This document shows positions 23,203 through 36,705 of a stretch of DNA of 64,000 nt, in pieces. The position numbers and the translations under genes were made by a program. The DNA comes from Octopus sinensis (Eukaryota). Under the pieces are notes generated by a model. It made no database searches. It saw only the letters and a program-made list of their open reading frames with translations, and was not told the origin of the DNA. Location of the stretch: assembly GCF_006345805.1 (NCBI RefSeq), contig NC_043002.1, positions 76,880,001 to 76,944,000 of the forward strand, written 5' to 3'. The stretch's first letter is position 1; every line of letters begins with the position of its first letter.

Positions 23203-23710
23203 TATTCTTTATTCTTTAATTCGTTTCAGTTTGCAAGCTGTGGTCATGCTGAAACACAACCATTAGCTTTGCAACACCTTCACAACTTGAAACCACGTCT
23301 GATATGTGGCATTTGGTGAATGAGGAAGTTGTTACCCTTATCTGTGTTTCCTGCCATGAGGTAGGCTCATCCAGAATTCTTGACAGGAGGAGATCCAGTT
23401 TTGTTTTGAAAACATCTACATCCACACCATGCAGATCTCTCAGGCTTTTTGAGAGGATACTGAAGAACTGTGGGCCCTTGTAACCCAAGCTCTAGCAGTA
23501 TCTGGTCCTGTATCTTGATGGCAATGTTGGGATCTTTAGCACTATGCAGAAACCTTTACCAATGTTTTTTCTTATTGCATGTCATTGACACTAGTGGTCC
23601 CTCTGACACCTACCTTTTCAGAGCAACCCATGTTGCAAATGACATTGTATATAATTTCTAAAATACATGAAATACACAACAGTCAAAGCTTGTATACAAG
23701 ACAGTACTGG
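23203..23710 (-). mobile_element. 3' end of a CR1/L2-like LINE
   Basis: GYKGPQFFSILSKSLRDLHGVDVDVFKTKLDLLLSRILDEP, then a tail ending (TAAAGAA)n. Same family as 51310-52370. Confidence 0.8.
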
Positions 23711-24099
23711 TATAGAAAAATAGAAAATCCTTCATTATGATTTAGTGGAAGGTGACATTTTGTCATTTTTAATTGTACTTTGGAAGATTAAGAGCTTAAC
23801 TCTCTCCTAGCTAAACCTTTTCCTTGAATTGAAAAGCCTTAATCTTTGAAACATTATGTAGCTGTATAGTGGGTGTATAGTGTATTTCTGCTAAAGATTC
23901 CTATTAATGAAGTATTTACCAGTAGTTCTGTGGTTACACTAAACATCAGGATATTAGCACTTCTTGGACAACTCATTCTTGACTCATAAGATGTATTCTT
24001 CATGTTTGAATACTTTTTGAAGGTATTTGTTTTTGTGGCTGTAGTTTATTAGATTCTGCTAGACAGATACAGACAACACTTAAAAAGTTGTCTAAACTG

Positions 24100-25470
24100 G
24101 TCATAACTTTCTACTTCCTTGTATCCTTCTGAGATACTGTGTTGGTGTCACTATGTCTGTGTAATCTTCCCTGGGATGTCAACATCTTCCAAGTTTAGAT
24201 AACAATAACATTGCTTTAATAATTGTCCAATCAAGTAGCCTGAATGAAAATAACCAGTAAAGCTAATGCAAATGCTTGTGGCAGACTATCTTGAGAGAGG
24301 GAAGCTCTGACTGTCATGTTTTTCTTTGTGGTGTAGTAGTCTGTCTATTTTTATTTTATTGATTGTATCATTACAGGACTTATTCTCATATACCAGTTAA
24401 CTATTTGTAGCTTCCATTGATCAAAACAGAGTTAATAGAATGGGCATTGATCGTGTGAGTGCCACTTTAGTATGTAGTTCTCTATCTATTATAAGATTAG
24501 AATATTTTTTTGTTTTAACAGACTCCCATTCTGATGTCATACGAATAGCTCATCAGGTCAAGGTGTTCTTGGAGCCATTAGTATTGATGTATATTTTTTG
24601 TTCATCAGCAAAGAAACTGTGGGAAACATTGATTTTATTTTGCTGATGTGGACCATAGCATAAATTCATTGGGTTTGTTTTTTTAACAGTGATAACAAAG
24701 GATTTACTACCTGAGCAAGCAGCAGCTGAGAAGTTTTCTCTTTTAAAATATTCATCAAAAGAGTTTTATGGTTTTATTCTTTTGCTGATTTCAGTCTTTG
24801 GAGTATGACCATATGGGGCATCATTTTCAAGGGTTTTAGTCAATAGTGAGTTAGAGAAGATTGTTGTGCTCTGTATTCAGTGTCAAGATAGCTTCTGTAC
24901 TGAACCTATGTACTTGCTTAATTCAGATGATATTCTGAACGCCAGTCCTAACAAGCAAAGCCACTATATTTGCTGCCCTGTTCACCTACAGCTCCACTCC
25001 CTATTTTCTGTCCCTACTGATTCACTATTATTTTCACTGTTTCTAAGTATGATACCCCAGTTTCCAAAATGCAACAATTTAACCAGTTTTGCATATATAT
25101 TGGTTATCGTTCCCATCAAAAAAATATCTCTTCAAGTTGATTTGTTTTCATCATGAAACTGAAATTTCTTTCTCTTTATTTGGTACTTATCCCACAAGTG
25201 CATGCAACTATCTCTAATCAAGAAAATATCGTTTACTTTGAGTCAGTCAATCATCATCACATCCACAATCTCCTAGATGAAGGGAGATAATAATTTTAAT
25301 AACTTACCTCTAAATGGAATCTTTTTTTTTTTCATCTATGACTGTTAGTATGGCTTCTTTGAAATTTGATCTGCTGGAAATCTACCTTTTTACCTATTCT
25401 TGCAAACTTAGATCAAAATACAATTATTGCTCTTGACATTAGCAAAGCCTTCAGGTATACTTAAGATGAA
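24100..25470 (+). mobile_element. Very decayed CR1/Jockey-like LINE region
   Basis: The RT motif ALDISKAF is at about 25428-25451. The rest is fragmentary. Confidence 0.4.
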
Positions 25471-25559
25471 AGTTTCAAAAAGTTTGCCATCACCAAAATT
25501 TATCTTATAACATTAACCCTCTAGATTATTAAATGCATTCTCACAAATTGATCCAAGAT

Positions 25560-26330
25560 ATTATTTAACTACATAGACTGGGTATTCAGTGATGCTAACT
25601 ACTGCATTTTTGTTGAATATTTTGTCTATAACTGGATGGCAAAGAATGGAGTTTAAAGCTTTACTGATAGCTGTGATGTTTAGGATGGTGTATGTAGATT
25701 TATTTGTGGTTGTTGTTGTTGTTGAAGCCTTCACATATCATATGATTTATGAGTTGTATGGTGGTTGAGTATAAATAGTCTGAATCTATGTCACAAGTTG
25801 AAAAGCTGAATGTGTGAGTTGCTGATATCAATGAGAAATCTTTCTAGAATTTTTCAAGGATGTGCAAAGAAGGGTGATGGCTTAGTGTGATGTTGTTTCA
25901 GGTGAGGTTTTTTATGTGTGTTTTAGAATTGCCATATTCCTGCTCAGATTCTAAATCAATGGTTCTCAACCATTTTTTACTCATGGATTCCCTCCAGTTC
26001 TTATTTTACTCTACTGGACTTTTTTTAACCATTTGACATCTATAAAATCCTATTATATTTTTATAATTAAATATTATTAGGAATTGTATAAAATTATTAA
26101 AAGATATCGTAGAAGTATAACCATCTGTTGTACATAATTTTGAGCCACAAAATCTTGCAAGGATCCTCAACAATCATATGGACCCAAGTTGGGAACTGCT
26201 GTTCTAGATTCTGGGGATATGTTGGTGAATGTAACAATTCCTTCAGGGCTTTAAATACTTTGAATATATATTTGTGATTTTATTGGGCTTTAAGTATTTT
26301 CCATTTTTATGTCTCCCTATTTCTGGTATC
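25560..26330 (-). mobile_element. Decayed I/Jockey-like RT fragment interrupted by a hAT MITE
   Basis: Remnants of IPRIW..., ITLLCT..KILERF and a degenerate LDISKAF-type region occur in the expected order on the minus strand. Confidence 0.5.
25957..26201. mobile_element. hAT-Charlie-type MITE
   Basis: TIRs CAATGGTTCTCAAC / GTTGGGAACTGCTG. 8-bp TSD TTCTAAAT / TTCTAGAT fits the NTCTAGAN consensus. Confidence 0.8.
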
Positions 26331-26335
26331 CATGG

Positions 26336-26572
26336 AGGCACGTGGCTTAGTGGTTAGGGTGTCAGCATCATGATCGTAAGATTGTGGTTTCAATTCCTGG
26401 ACCAGGCGATGCATTGTGTTCTTGAGCAAAACATTTCATTTCACGTTGCTCCAGTCCACTCAGCTGGCAAAAATGAGTAATGCTGTGATGGACTGGCATC
26501 CCATCCAGCTGGGGAACACATATGCCATAGAAACTGCAAAACTGGACCCATGAACCTGGATAGGCTTTAAAA
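26336..26572 (+). mobile_element. SINE family C
   Basis: GGCACGTGGCTTAGTGGTTAGGGTGTCAGCATCATGATCG...TTGTGTTCTTGAGCAAAACATTTCATTTCACGTTGCTCCAGTCCACTCAGCTGG. Confidence 0.85.
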
Positions 26573-27822
26573 ATGGAGAATTTATTAAAAAAAATTTTAT
26601 TTCTAGTATCCAGTAGAAGGATCCAAGGTGGAGGTGGTGTAGATTGTGTTTTTGTGTTTCTGTCTACTTTGTAATTTTTGGTGGTTGATTTTGGAAAAGT
26701 GTTTAAGTGTATTTGCTATTTATCAGTAGATGCATTACTTGATAATGTCATTGGGATGGACTTCAGAAGTGCTGCAGCCAATGTTAGAGCTGTCAAGAAT
26801 ACTAATTACTTTGCGTGCTTTACAGTTTATATTGAATAGAAATGTTTGCAAGTTTTCTACTCTTTTTACATTTAGTTACTTGAGGAGTTACATTTCTGTT
26901 GCATTTGGTATTTGCTTTTATGCTTGCCCCCAGTTCCTATTAGCTTAGTTATTTATGTAATTTGAATTTTATTTTGTTCAGGCAACACTTAGGTAATACA
27001 TTGGTCGTTGTTTTGAATATAAGACATAGTTCTGTTCAGAACAACAAGAAAATAGAACACTTATTTTTTTTTTTATAAGATGTAGATGTGTGTCACTTTG
27101 AAGAACAAAATTCCTTCAGTATCCTATTACATTTCATAGATAAATCTTTTATTTCTTTTATATGTTAAATAAAAGAATTAGAAGTGAGTAAAACTTAAGT
27201 AAAAAGAAAAGGCAAGTAATCGAAATAACAAATGATGATTACTTGCTTGTCTATTCTGTTATTTAAACCTTAAAAATGTAGGTGAGAGGAAATAACATCA
27301 AGCAATAGACACATTTTCCCCATCTTGAACATGTTAATGTCAGCAAACAACAACAACAATAACATTATCATCACCATCATCACCATCATCATCATCATCT
27401 CTGAATTTCATAACTTAAGGCGGTTGGTCCCACGCTTTTCTTTTGTACAATTTGCTTGTATCATCACAAATCACTGCTAACACCACTGCAGCTCTCCTCC
27501 TCCTCGTTGCTACTACAACTACTACTACTTTTATTATTTGAGTTTTAAGTTTGTGTTTGTTGTGATATTTAATTTTGTGTTTCCATGTCAGTAAATCTCA
27601 AGTGTTGGTACAAGAGGCCCTACCTGTTTTGCCAATGCTGTGATATTTAATAGTTTTGAATGTGTTAAATTGTGTTTTCATATTTACAAGTCAGGGATTT
27701 TCAGGGGAACATACCCAAACATTTTAGGAGAGAAATTTTATTTCTAACAAAAGAGCTGATGTTTTAATTAATAATAGTTACTCTAAAAAAAAAAATCTCT
27801 GCTTCTTCCACAACCATTAATA

Positions 27823-29107
27823 TCAGGTCATCCCATAAGTTCTGTCTGATTTTACCTTTTTTAAAACTGAATGAAATTTAATAGTATATTAGAATGTCTA
27901 ATGGAATTTAAAATTATTTTTATGCATTTGTGTACATTTAAACTAATTAAATATTATTTTACAGAATAGAATTAAAATTTCTTTGATTAAAACCCTTTCT
28001 AACATGGAAGTATCCAAAGAACATTTAAGGCGCATAATGCTTTATGAATACAAAAAAGGAAACTCTGCAGCCGATGTGACTCGAAACATACACTCAGTTT
28101 ATGGGAAAGAATGCTTGAATGAAAGAACTTGCAGAAGATGGTTTGCAAAATTCACAAGTGGAGATTTCAGCCTTGAAGATGAAGATCAAACAGGACGTCC
28201 AGTTGAGTTTGATGATAAGCTCCTTGAGGCATTACTTGAAGAAAATCCTGCATTATAAGTTGAAGAATTGACAATAAAGCTTAGTTCAAACCATCCAACT
28301 ATTTGTCGTCATCTTCAACAACTTTGAAAGGTTCCTAAACTTGGAAAATGGGTGCCTCATGAATTGTCCAAAAGTAACCGCAAATCCTGATTTGACATCT
28401 GCTCTTCTCTCCATTCTCGTGAACTCATTTCACCCTTTTTGGATAGACTTTTGACTGGTGACAAAAAATGGATCTTCTATTGAAATGTTAAATGTCGTAA
28501 ACAGTGGCTTGGTAAAAGGGAAAAAGTTCAACCACAACCGAGAAGGGAACTTCACAGGAAAAAGGTTCTTCTCTCTATCTGGTGGGATTGGAAAGGAGTA
28601 ATTCACAATTGAATTGTTACCACCTAATACAACAATCAATGCTCAAGTCTACTGTCAGCAATTAGAATGTTTGAACCAAGCTTTGAAGAAAAAGAGACCC
28701 GCTTTAGTGAATTGAAAAGGCGTGATGTTTCATCAGGACAATGCACGACCCCACACTGCAAAGATCACATCACAGAAGATCGAAGAGCTTGGTTGGGAAA
28801 AAATTCTTCATCCACCTTATTCTCCCAGCCTTGTTCCTTCAGACTACTATTGTTTCGTAGTTTACAGAATCATTTGGGGGACACAACTTTTGTAAGCCAG
28901 GAGGTGGTTGAACCTGACATTTCAGAGTTTTTCGTGTTGAAACCAAAAAAGCTTTACATTGATGGGATTAAAATGCTTGTAAATAGATGGAAGGAAGTCA
29001 TAAATAATCAGGAAAAGTACATTGATGATTAAATTTCAATTAAATATAAAATTTGATCACTTGTTCTCTTTATTCAAAATTCGGACAGAACTTATGAGAT
29101 GACCTGA
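27823..29107 (+). mobile_element. Full-length mariner (DD34D) with pseudogenised transposase (about 28004-29032)
   Basis: TIRs TCAGGTCATCCCATAAGTTCTGTC / GACAGAACTTATGAGATGACCTGA with TA TSDs. Motifs WVPHEL, TGDKKW, HQDNARPH-x-HPPYSPSLVPSDY give 34-aa spacing. Stops and a frameshift are present. Confidence 0.95.
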
Positions 29108-30285
29108 TATTAGCAGTCATCTTGGTCTGGGTTAAATTTTATTGATCATTGTTCTAGCTATGGTGATCCCAACTTTACTGTGACCACATTGTTATAAGAT
29201 TTAGAACTAGAACATATCTTCATTTTAATAATAGGTGGTGTTTTGCTGATGGGAGTTTGGCTGCCTTATTAGTAGATCAGGGACAATCTAGAAACTTTGT
29301 TGCTATCAAAACAGCTGTAGTATCTTGAAACAGACCAAATAATTGCAGTATATTATGTCAATGTATAATTTTCTATATCTCACCGTTGTACATACTATAG
29401 CATCTTCAGAACTGATTGAACTGAATGCATACAATCAAATATTTCTCTTGTAACATACAGTGTAATTCTAAATCAGATTAACTTATGGTAAATTGAGTGT
29501 GTTGGATCTGTGGATCCGTCTTAAAACATTGAAACAACTAAACTATACAGCTTATGTAGAGTTGACTGGGTTTGGATTTTACAACAATAACCTAGACAAC
29601 TGATAGCAGCAGAAGACACAAATATAAGTAATAATTTCTTTCTGAGACACAACATTTTTTATGATAAATAAGTAGTTGTTGATGTTGAATAACTTGTCTA
29701 TGGTTTTTACTGGAATAGTATATAATAGAGTTGCCAAATTTAGATAAATATTCTGACTGCTGTCATTGTATAAAAGGCACCAATTTAAAGATAGATCTCT
29801 AATCACTCCATCATGATTCAGTGTTACTGCATAATGGTTCTGTTATTTAATTAGACTTTCCAAATTAAGCAGTCTGATTGTTTGTAGTCTAAGAATATGA
29901 GTAAAGTAATGATCTTACATTCTTCTGGAAAATTTAGAGGCATCGTTATCTTACTGCAGACAGGCGTTTTCCAGTGTTTAGGGGTGTCACCGCATTGATA
30001 AAGACTTGTTACTGACAACCAGGTTTCATAAAAAGTCAGACAATTGTGTATAAAAAAGAAAAAAGTCAAATTAAACGCATTATGAAAACAGTAGGCTTCA
30101 AGAGTGTTGTAATGTGAGGTTGGAACATATGGATGTCTAATTTCGTTTCTGACTTATAAATTAACAACTGTTAGTACTATGTCTGAATGAATAAATCTAT
30201 GTAGCCTAGACACAGGTAGTTTGTAATATTTTGAGTAACATGTTGCTCTTCATGATTTTGTGTGGCATGTGTAAAGTCATAGCTA

Positions 30286-31567
30286 CACAGACAATCAGGA
30301 AGTAAATAGACACCTTTAATTTTCAAAATCTTTTATTTAATACGCAAAGTGAACAATTGAAATGTAATCGATAGGTAGGACTACATACTTTAGTATTTAG
30401 TTGACATTCCTTTTGCAGTTTTTAATTCAGAAACTCTTTTTGGCATTGAACTGACGAGCTTTGTGATTGTCTCTTGTGGAATTTCTGCCCACTTTTCACA
30501 CAACAATCGAAACAATTCCTCTTTAGATTTTGGTTTCTGTTGAGTTTTTCATATAGCTTTATGTAGTATAGTATGCTCCAACGATTTTCAATTGGGTTCA
30601 TGTCAGGAGATTGGCTCTGCCAAGGAAGCTTTTTGATCCCATTTTCAGTCAGCCATTGTTGATTCCTTTACACTGTGTGGTATGGAGCCCCATCTTCCAT
30701 GAATTAAAACTCATTTTTCGTTATGTTATCTTGTAAATACATTGGAAGTAGTCCTTGCTTAAGTATTTCGATGTATTTTTCAGAGTTTATGGTTCCAACA
30801 CATTCGATCAGCTCAGAACAACCATTGCTGGTGACAGCTCCCCATACCATTACAGTAATACCGCCATGTTTCACAGTTGGTTAGAGTCGTTTCAAATCAA
30901 ATTCTTGATTGGGAAGCCTCCAGACCTAAACACTCCACTGTCTGATAATAACGCAAATCTGGATTTATCTGAGAAAATCATTCTATCCCAAAATGAACTG
31001 GATATTTCTGACATTTCCTTAGCCAATTTCTTTCTTTTCATGATATTAATTGGTTGAAGGAGAGATTTTCTTCTAGCTGCTTGTCTATAATATCCAAGCT
31101 TATGCAGATATGTAACACACGTTCTTGGACTAACTTCTAGCTGTTTTGCAATTTCAGAAGCCTTCAAACAGGATTCGTTTGCCACAGTTCTCTTCAAACA
31201 GTGAAGCTTCCTTTCCAAGGGCCAAAGTCAGCCAGGACAAGAATCTGTTGATTCTTATCCTTGGCTTTTGAATTGCACTATAAATCTATTAACAGTAGCA
31301 AGAGGAATTTGAAGATTTTTGGCAATTTTCCACTGGCTAAGACCAGACTCAGATTGCCCAACAATATGACCTCTTTGAAAATCTGACAGTTCTGCTGAAT
31401 TTTTTATGTGTAGCATAGTTACTCTTCATAAATGTTTAATATAATGGCACCTGGAATGAAAAAGAATAATTACATTGTAAATTCTACACCTCTGAAAAAA
31501 TATTAAGACACTTAGATCAGAAATTTTGAAAAATTAAAGGTGTCTATTTACTTCCTGCATGTCTGTG
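30286..31567 (-). mobile_element. Full-length Tc1-like (DD34E) element, pseudogenised
   Basis: About 45-bp TIRs CACAGACA..CAGGAAGTAAATAGACACCTTTAATTTT with TA TSDs. Motifs RMIFSDKSRF, MEDGAPYH, LPWQSQSPDMNPIENRW. Confidence 0.92.
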
Positions 31568-32681
31568 TATATGAACACAATAACTTTCTAAATAAAATTT
31601 TGTAACACGATTTTTGGGTTCTGCTTTGATAAGTGTTTTTTTTCTCTCATTTCCCCCTCCTGATTGTGAGTAAAGGATCTCTCAAGAGATGGAAACCAAT
31701 GGAAACCTCAGGGGTGCAGCCCAATTAATTATAAGATATATATATATATATATATATACATTAAATAAAATAGTTAATTTACTTGAGAAATACTTTCCTA
31801 TGCCCACCTGAAAAAAGAAGAAAATTCCACTTTTAATAATACATAATACTAAGAACAAACAAACAAAAAAGAGATCAGAAATATAATATAACTTTAAAGT
31901 ACTCATGAGATGAGAAAAATCTTAAGTATTTCACTGATAACTGAACCGAAAGTTTCTTGAGTTGGTGTCAGATTTTCTAGAACTATATTTCCATAATATA
32001 TTCCCTACTAATATAATAGTAATATAGTTATAAATAGAGATCTACTTGTGGCTTGTATATTTGTATAAACAGCTCTAGGAGTATATCTCTGTATTCAAGT
32101 TATTATAGTTATAAAAGTACTAGAAAATTCATTGGTATGTATCTATTTTTGGCATCATTTATTTAGTTTTGATAGCATACAACATAAGATTCCAATTATG
32201 AAAAAAATATTGTTCTGTTTTCTGGGATTGTTTCAGCTTCAGTGTTAGTTTAGTTTTATTACATGCCATCTAACAGATACTGATGGAACATCTTTTTATA
32301 ACATAATAAAAATATTTTCATACACTAAACAAACCTATATATCTAAACATATATCAGAACTATCTTAGGCAGCTTTGATTGTTGCAAAAGAAAGCAAAAC
32401 ATTGGTACCTTGCTCATCTTTTCATGTAATTATCTAATATGAATTTTATTTACACACACACACACATACGTATGTAATAAAGTGCTTGAAGTGGTGTACA
32501 GATATTGTATATTAGCGTTTTCATTTGTTTATGGACTTGTCAAGGCAAAATCAAAATGGTGGACCATTTTGATTTTGTCGTGACAAGTTTGTAAATGAAC
32601 AAAAACACTAATAAAGGATTATCCAAAATTCTGACTGCCTCATTTTTCTCATTATACATATATACATACATACATATATAT

Positions 32682-32836
32682 GGAGTGGTTGGCGTTAGGA
32701 AGGGCATCCAGCTGTAGAAACACTGCCAGATCTGACTGGCCTGGTGCAGCCTTCGGGCTTGCCAGACCCCAATTGAACCATCCAACCCATGCTAGCATGG
32801 AAAGCAGACGTTAAACGATGATGATGATGATGATGA

Positions 32837-32884
<48 letters not shown>

Positions 32885-33115
32885 CCATGCCTGTGGCATA
32901 TGAAAAGCACCATCTGATTGTGGTCAATGCCAACTCCTCTGGTCTCTGTGCACCCACTACACTCTCAGAGTAGAAGGGCATCCAGCTGTAGAAACACTGC
33001 CAAATCAGATTGGGGCCTGGTGCAGCCTCCTGGCTTCCCAGACCCCAGTCGAACTGTCCAACCCTTGCCAGCATGGAAAAATGGACATTAAATTATGATG
33101 ATGATGATGATGATA
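32682..33115 (+). mobile_element. Two tandem family B 3' ends separated by (GAT)n(TA)n
   Basis: GAAGGGCATCCAGCTGTAGAAAC...AGCATGGAAA..TTAAA(GAT)n occurs twice. Confidence 0.85.
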
Positions 33116-33654
33116 TATATAGTTGAAAAAAAGATTAGAGATTTATACAAATCAAATTTTTATATATAAAAGATGGAGGTGGAAATAGCACAGAAGTAAA
33201 TCTAAGACATAACAATTTAGAAAGAATTTGATAAAATGATTTTAAAATTATATAAAGAAAATATAGAATATTACTGGTTTTGATGATGAATCTCATCTTA
33301 TCAAATATTAGTAAAGATTTATAAAAGTTTGAAATAAAAACAGTTTATCTTCAATTTGGGGGTCAAAAACATGTCTGGAGTTTTTCATTGAAGTCTTCTT
33401 TAAATATAGTTTGGTATAGAGTTCAAGGTGCTAGAGAGGGGTTTTAGTTGTCTATTGTCTAAAATATTTTTGTGGGTTCCTGTCAAGGGAGTGGCTTAAA
33501 AGCATTTATTGAATGGGGTCTATGTCCTCCTTTGTGTATATGTGTGTGTGCGTGCATGTGTGTGTGTGTGTTGTGTGTGTGTGTGAGTGTATGTGTGTGT
33601 GTATTTGTGCGTGCGTGTGTGTGTGTGTGTGTGTATTCTTGCAATGTTTTCAGG

Positions 33655-33770
33655 CTTTTAATTTCTGTCAACCCAATTCATTCCCAAGACTTTGGTTGAC
33701 CTGAGGCTATAGTAGTAGACACATGTTCAAAATGCTGCTCAGTAGGATTGAACCTGGAACCATGTAGAAA
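33655..33770 (-). mobile_element. SINE family A head fragment
   Basis: GAGGCTATAGTAGTAGACACATGTTCAAAATGCTG...GAACCTGGAACCATGT. Confidence 0.6.
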
Positions 33771-34095
33771 GGAAGAGCTCCATAAAATTGTAGTCAAAGG
33801 AATGAAGAACCTGTCAGTAACTTTTAATGTGAAGATTATATAACGAAACAGTGTTACTTATAAAAAGAAGTGTGACATGTTAAATGAGTTGAGTGAAGTT
33901 CATTGAAAAAGATTTGTAAAATAAACATGGCAGGGATAAAACATGATACAGAGAATGAAAAAAAAACAAAAGCTTGAGATTAAAAATTTGTAATAAGCAA
34001 ATATTTATTAATCAGACTGATTAATTTCTTCTAAAGTACCTGTACAATGCAAGTTGTTTAAGGAACTATATCATTTCAAATATGAGAGCAGTACA

Positions 34096-34412
34096 TCATC
34101 ATCAACATCACCGATGTCGTTTAACATCCGCTTTCTATGCTGGCATGGGTTGGACGGTTTGACTGAAGACTGGCAAACTGGGAGGCAGCACCAGGTTCCA
34201 ATCTGATTTGGCAAAGTTTCTACAGCTGGATGCCTTTCTTAATGCGAGAGTGTAGTGGGTGCTTTTTACGTGCCATCGGCATCAGAGCCAGTCAGGCAGC
34301 ACTGACATCAGCCACACTCGAATGGTGTGTTATATGTGCCACTGGCACGGGTGCCAGTCAGGCGGCACTGGAATCAGTGATGCTCAAATAGTGCTTTTTA
34401 GGTGCCACTAGC
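34096..34412 (-). mobile_element. Family B repeat
   Basis: CGTTTAACATCCGCTTTCTATGCTGGCATGGGTTGGACGG plus modules. Confidence 0.85.
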
Positions 34413-36705
34413 AATGTATTTCAGCCTCATCTCTATGGAACACAAATATTTTTGGGTTGTGAAAACAAAGCCAAATCTCCCTGATGTCATTTTAGCTAAG
34501 AATATGAGGGTCCCAGTAGGGTTGGGTTGACCTAAGTTAGTTACTATATGACCATCTATCTTTTTTGTATATCAGGAACTACATTGTCTGAGGTGTCCTT
34601 CCTTTTTTAAGATGTTAGGTGAGATTTAAAGAAAATTTGTTACTTATTTCTAGTAGATTGAGTGATTATATAGTAATTCCCACGTTGGTTTGTTTATTTT
34701 TAATTGTCATTATGTAGTCCTAGTTTAACTTTGATCCAAAAATTCCACAGTAAAAATATTCCAGCTATGAATATTCCTTATTTTCAGACATAGCATATAT
34801 AGGACTACATTATTTGACGTGTTCTGCTCTGTTCAAGATGGTATTTTTATTTCATTTTATTTCATCTAGTTTTAGCTCATGAGCTGTGGCAATGCTGGGG
34901 CACTGCCATGGTGTGATTTAAAGAAAATTTAGTTGTTATTTTTAGCAGAGGTTGATGGAGGAGTTGAACTGTAGTATATATAATTTTTGTGATCCTTTAA
35001 GTTGGGTGTTGTTTGTAGAAGTGGGTGCACTGGTGTCCGCTCTTTACAAAGTTAACCTTTTGTTGTGCTTCTTTCATTCCTTGTTTATTTGATGCTTATC
35101 TTTGTATTATTGTATATCCATTTTTAAAGCGAGAAATAGATTTCTTTATAGTTTAGAAAAATTATACTGAGTGCACATACTATAAATATATATCTCCTTC
35201 TCTAATCTTTTTATACAAATAGATACGGTTTGTTCATTCTGCAAGCTATACTTCTGGCCTTTCATATAAAGCATTGTCTTCGTATAAAACATTGTTTTCA
35301 TAAGAAACATTGTTTGAATATAAAATATTATCTTGATATATACGTCATTGTCTTAGTATCCTCTGAGTTGAATGAAGTAGTTTTGTTTGTGCTGACCTTC
35401 TGAATGTGCTGATGTTTGACTTTAGAGCTGAAACAACTACATTCCATCAGTACTCAAGAAACATTTTCCAACCATATAGTGTTTTTTTTTTTTTTTTTCA
35501 TTCAGTGTATTCATTCTCCAATTTGAATTGTCTTCATTGATATTTACAATGTCCCCTTTTCTCCATTTCTGAACTAAGCAACTTAATTTTGGTTAAGAAC
35601 TAGAAAGCAGCAATACTTAAAATTTTCTTGAACTTTAGATAATTTTCTTCTTTTCATATGGATTAAAAAATTTATTTTGTAGAATAATATTAGTTAGTAA
35701 GTTTTCTATTAATTTTGTACACATGGGATTAAAAATGAAATGTGATATTTTAGATTTGCATGTTGTTTTAATTATCACCCATTCAATTACAGACGGATAA
35801 TGGAACTTTATTTTCCAGGTAGGTAAATACTTTACTTGAAACAAATAAAGTAACTGCTTTTCCTAACTGAACTGCCTAGTTTTTGTCAAGTCAGTACAAA
35901 AATCTCAATGAGATCACTTGACCTGCTAGAAATAGCATCAAATATCTCTTAGATTACACAGTTCCTGTTTTTAAACAAAGAAGAATTCATAGGATAATGT
36001 AGACCTAAATAGACAGAATGGGCATAGCTAAAAGATCTTTTATTGTAGGTCTACTCAATCGGATATGACTTGCAGCTGAACATAATTTCTATATATATAT
36101 TTGTAATGTAACTCCAGAACCATTCAAATAACATATTTTTAATGGAAAATAAATCTTTATAGATATATATATATAGAAAGAGGTTCAGAAGGACGTAAAA
36201 ACATTATGAACAGCACCAATATTTGAGTTTCATAAAAATCTTAACAAGCTTGATAGTTAAATACGCCTGAAAATTGCTTAACTAAAAGTAGCTGGGTTTT
36301 CTACTTTTTATATTCAAACTGTTTTTCTGTGAAGCCTATTAGCAAATTTTTTGGTGGATCTTTCTGTGGAAGCCATATTATTAGTTTTGGAAAAATCTCT
36401 GCTATCGTAACAATACAACAGTATAGTTGTAGATGTATGTGTGAACAAGATTTATAAGAAACTTAGCTCTTTGTATAAGGAATTAATATTCATCCATGTA
36501 TGGAAATTGCAGATTGTAGCTATGAGGCATGTAGATTCATTTCTAAACATTACATCTTTGAAGATGAATGATTGTTCAATTTCATAAAATATTAGTAAGT
36601 CAATATCTTTTTGCCTTAGGAATGCCGTATTAATTCCAAACCTTTTTAAATCAGCACATTTAATTAGTTATATAATCTATCAGTCTTAGTATTTAAAAGT
36701 AATTA

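Noticed and set aside
26982-26992. Apparent 11-nt microexon TTGTTCAG|GCAACACTTAG|GTAATA
   Set aside because: It is not a multiple of three, has no supporting gene context, and is expected by chance in 64 kb.
35030-35340. Possible GIY-YIG remnant of a Penelope element on the minus strand
   Set aside because: There is only a faint resemblance (KRLEKEIY) with many stops, which is not enough to call.
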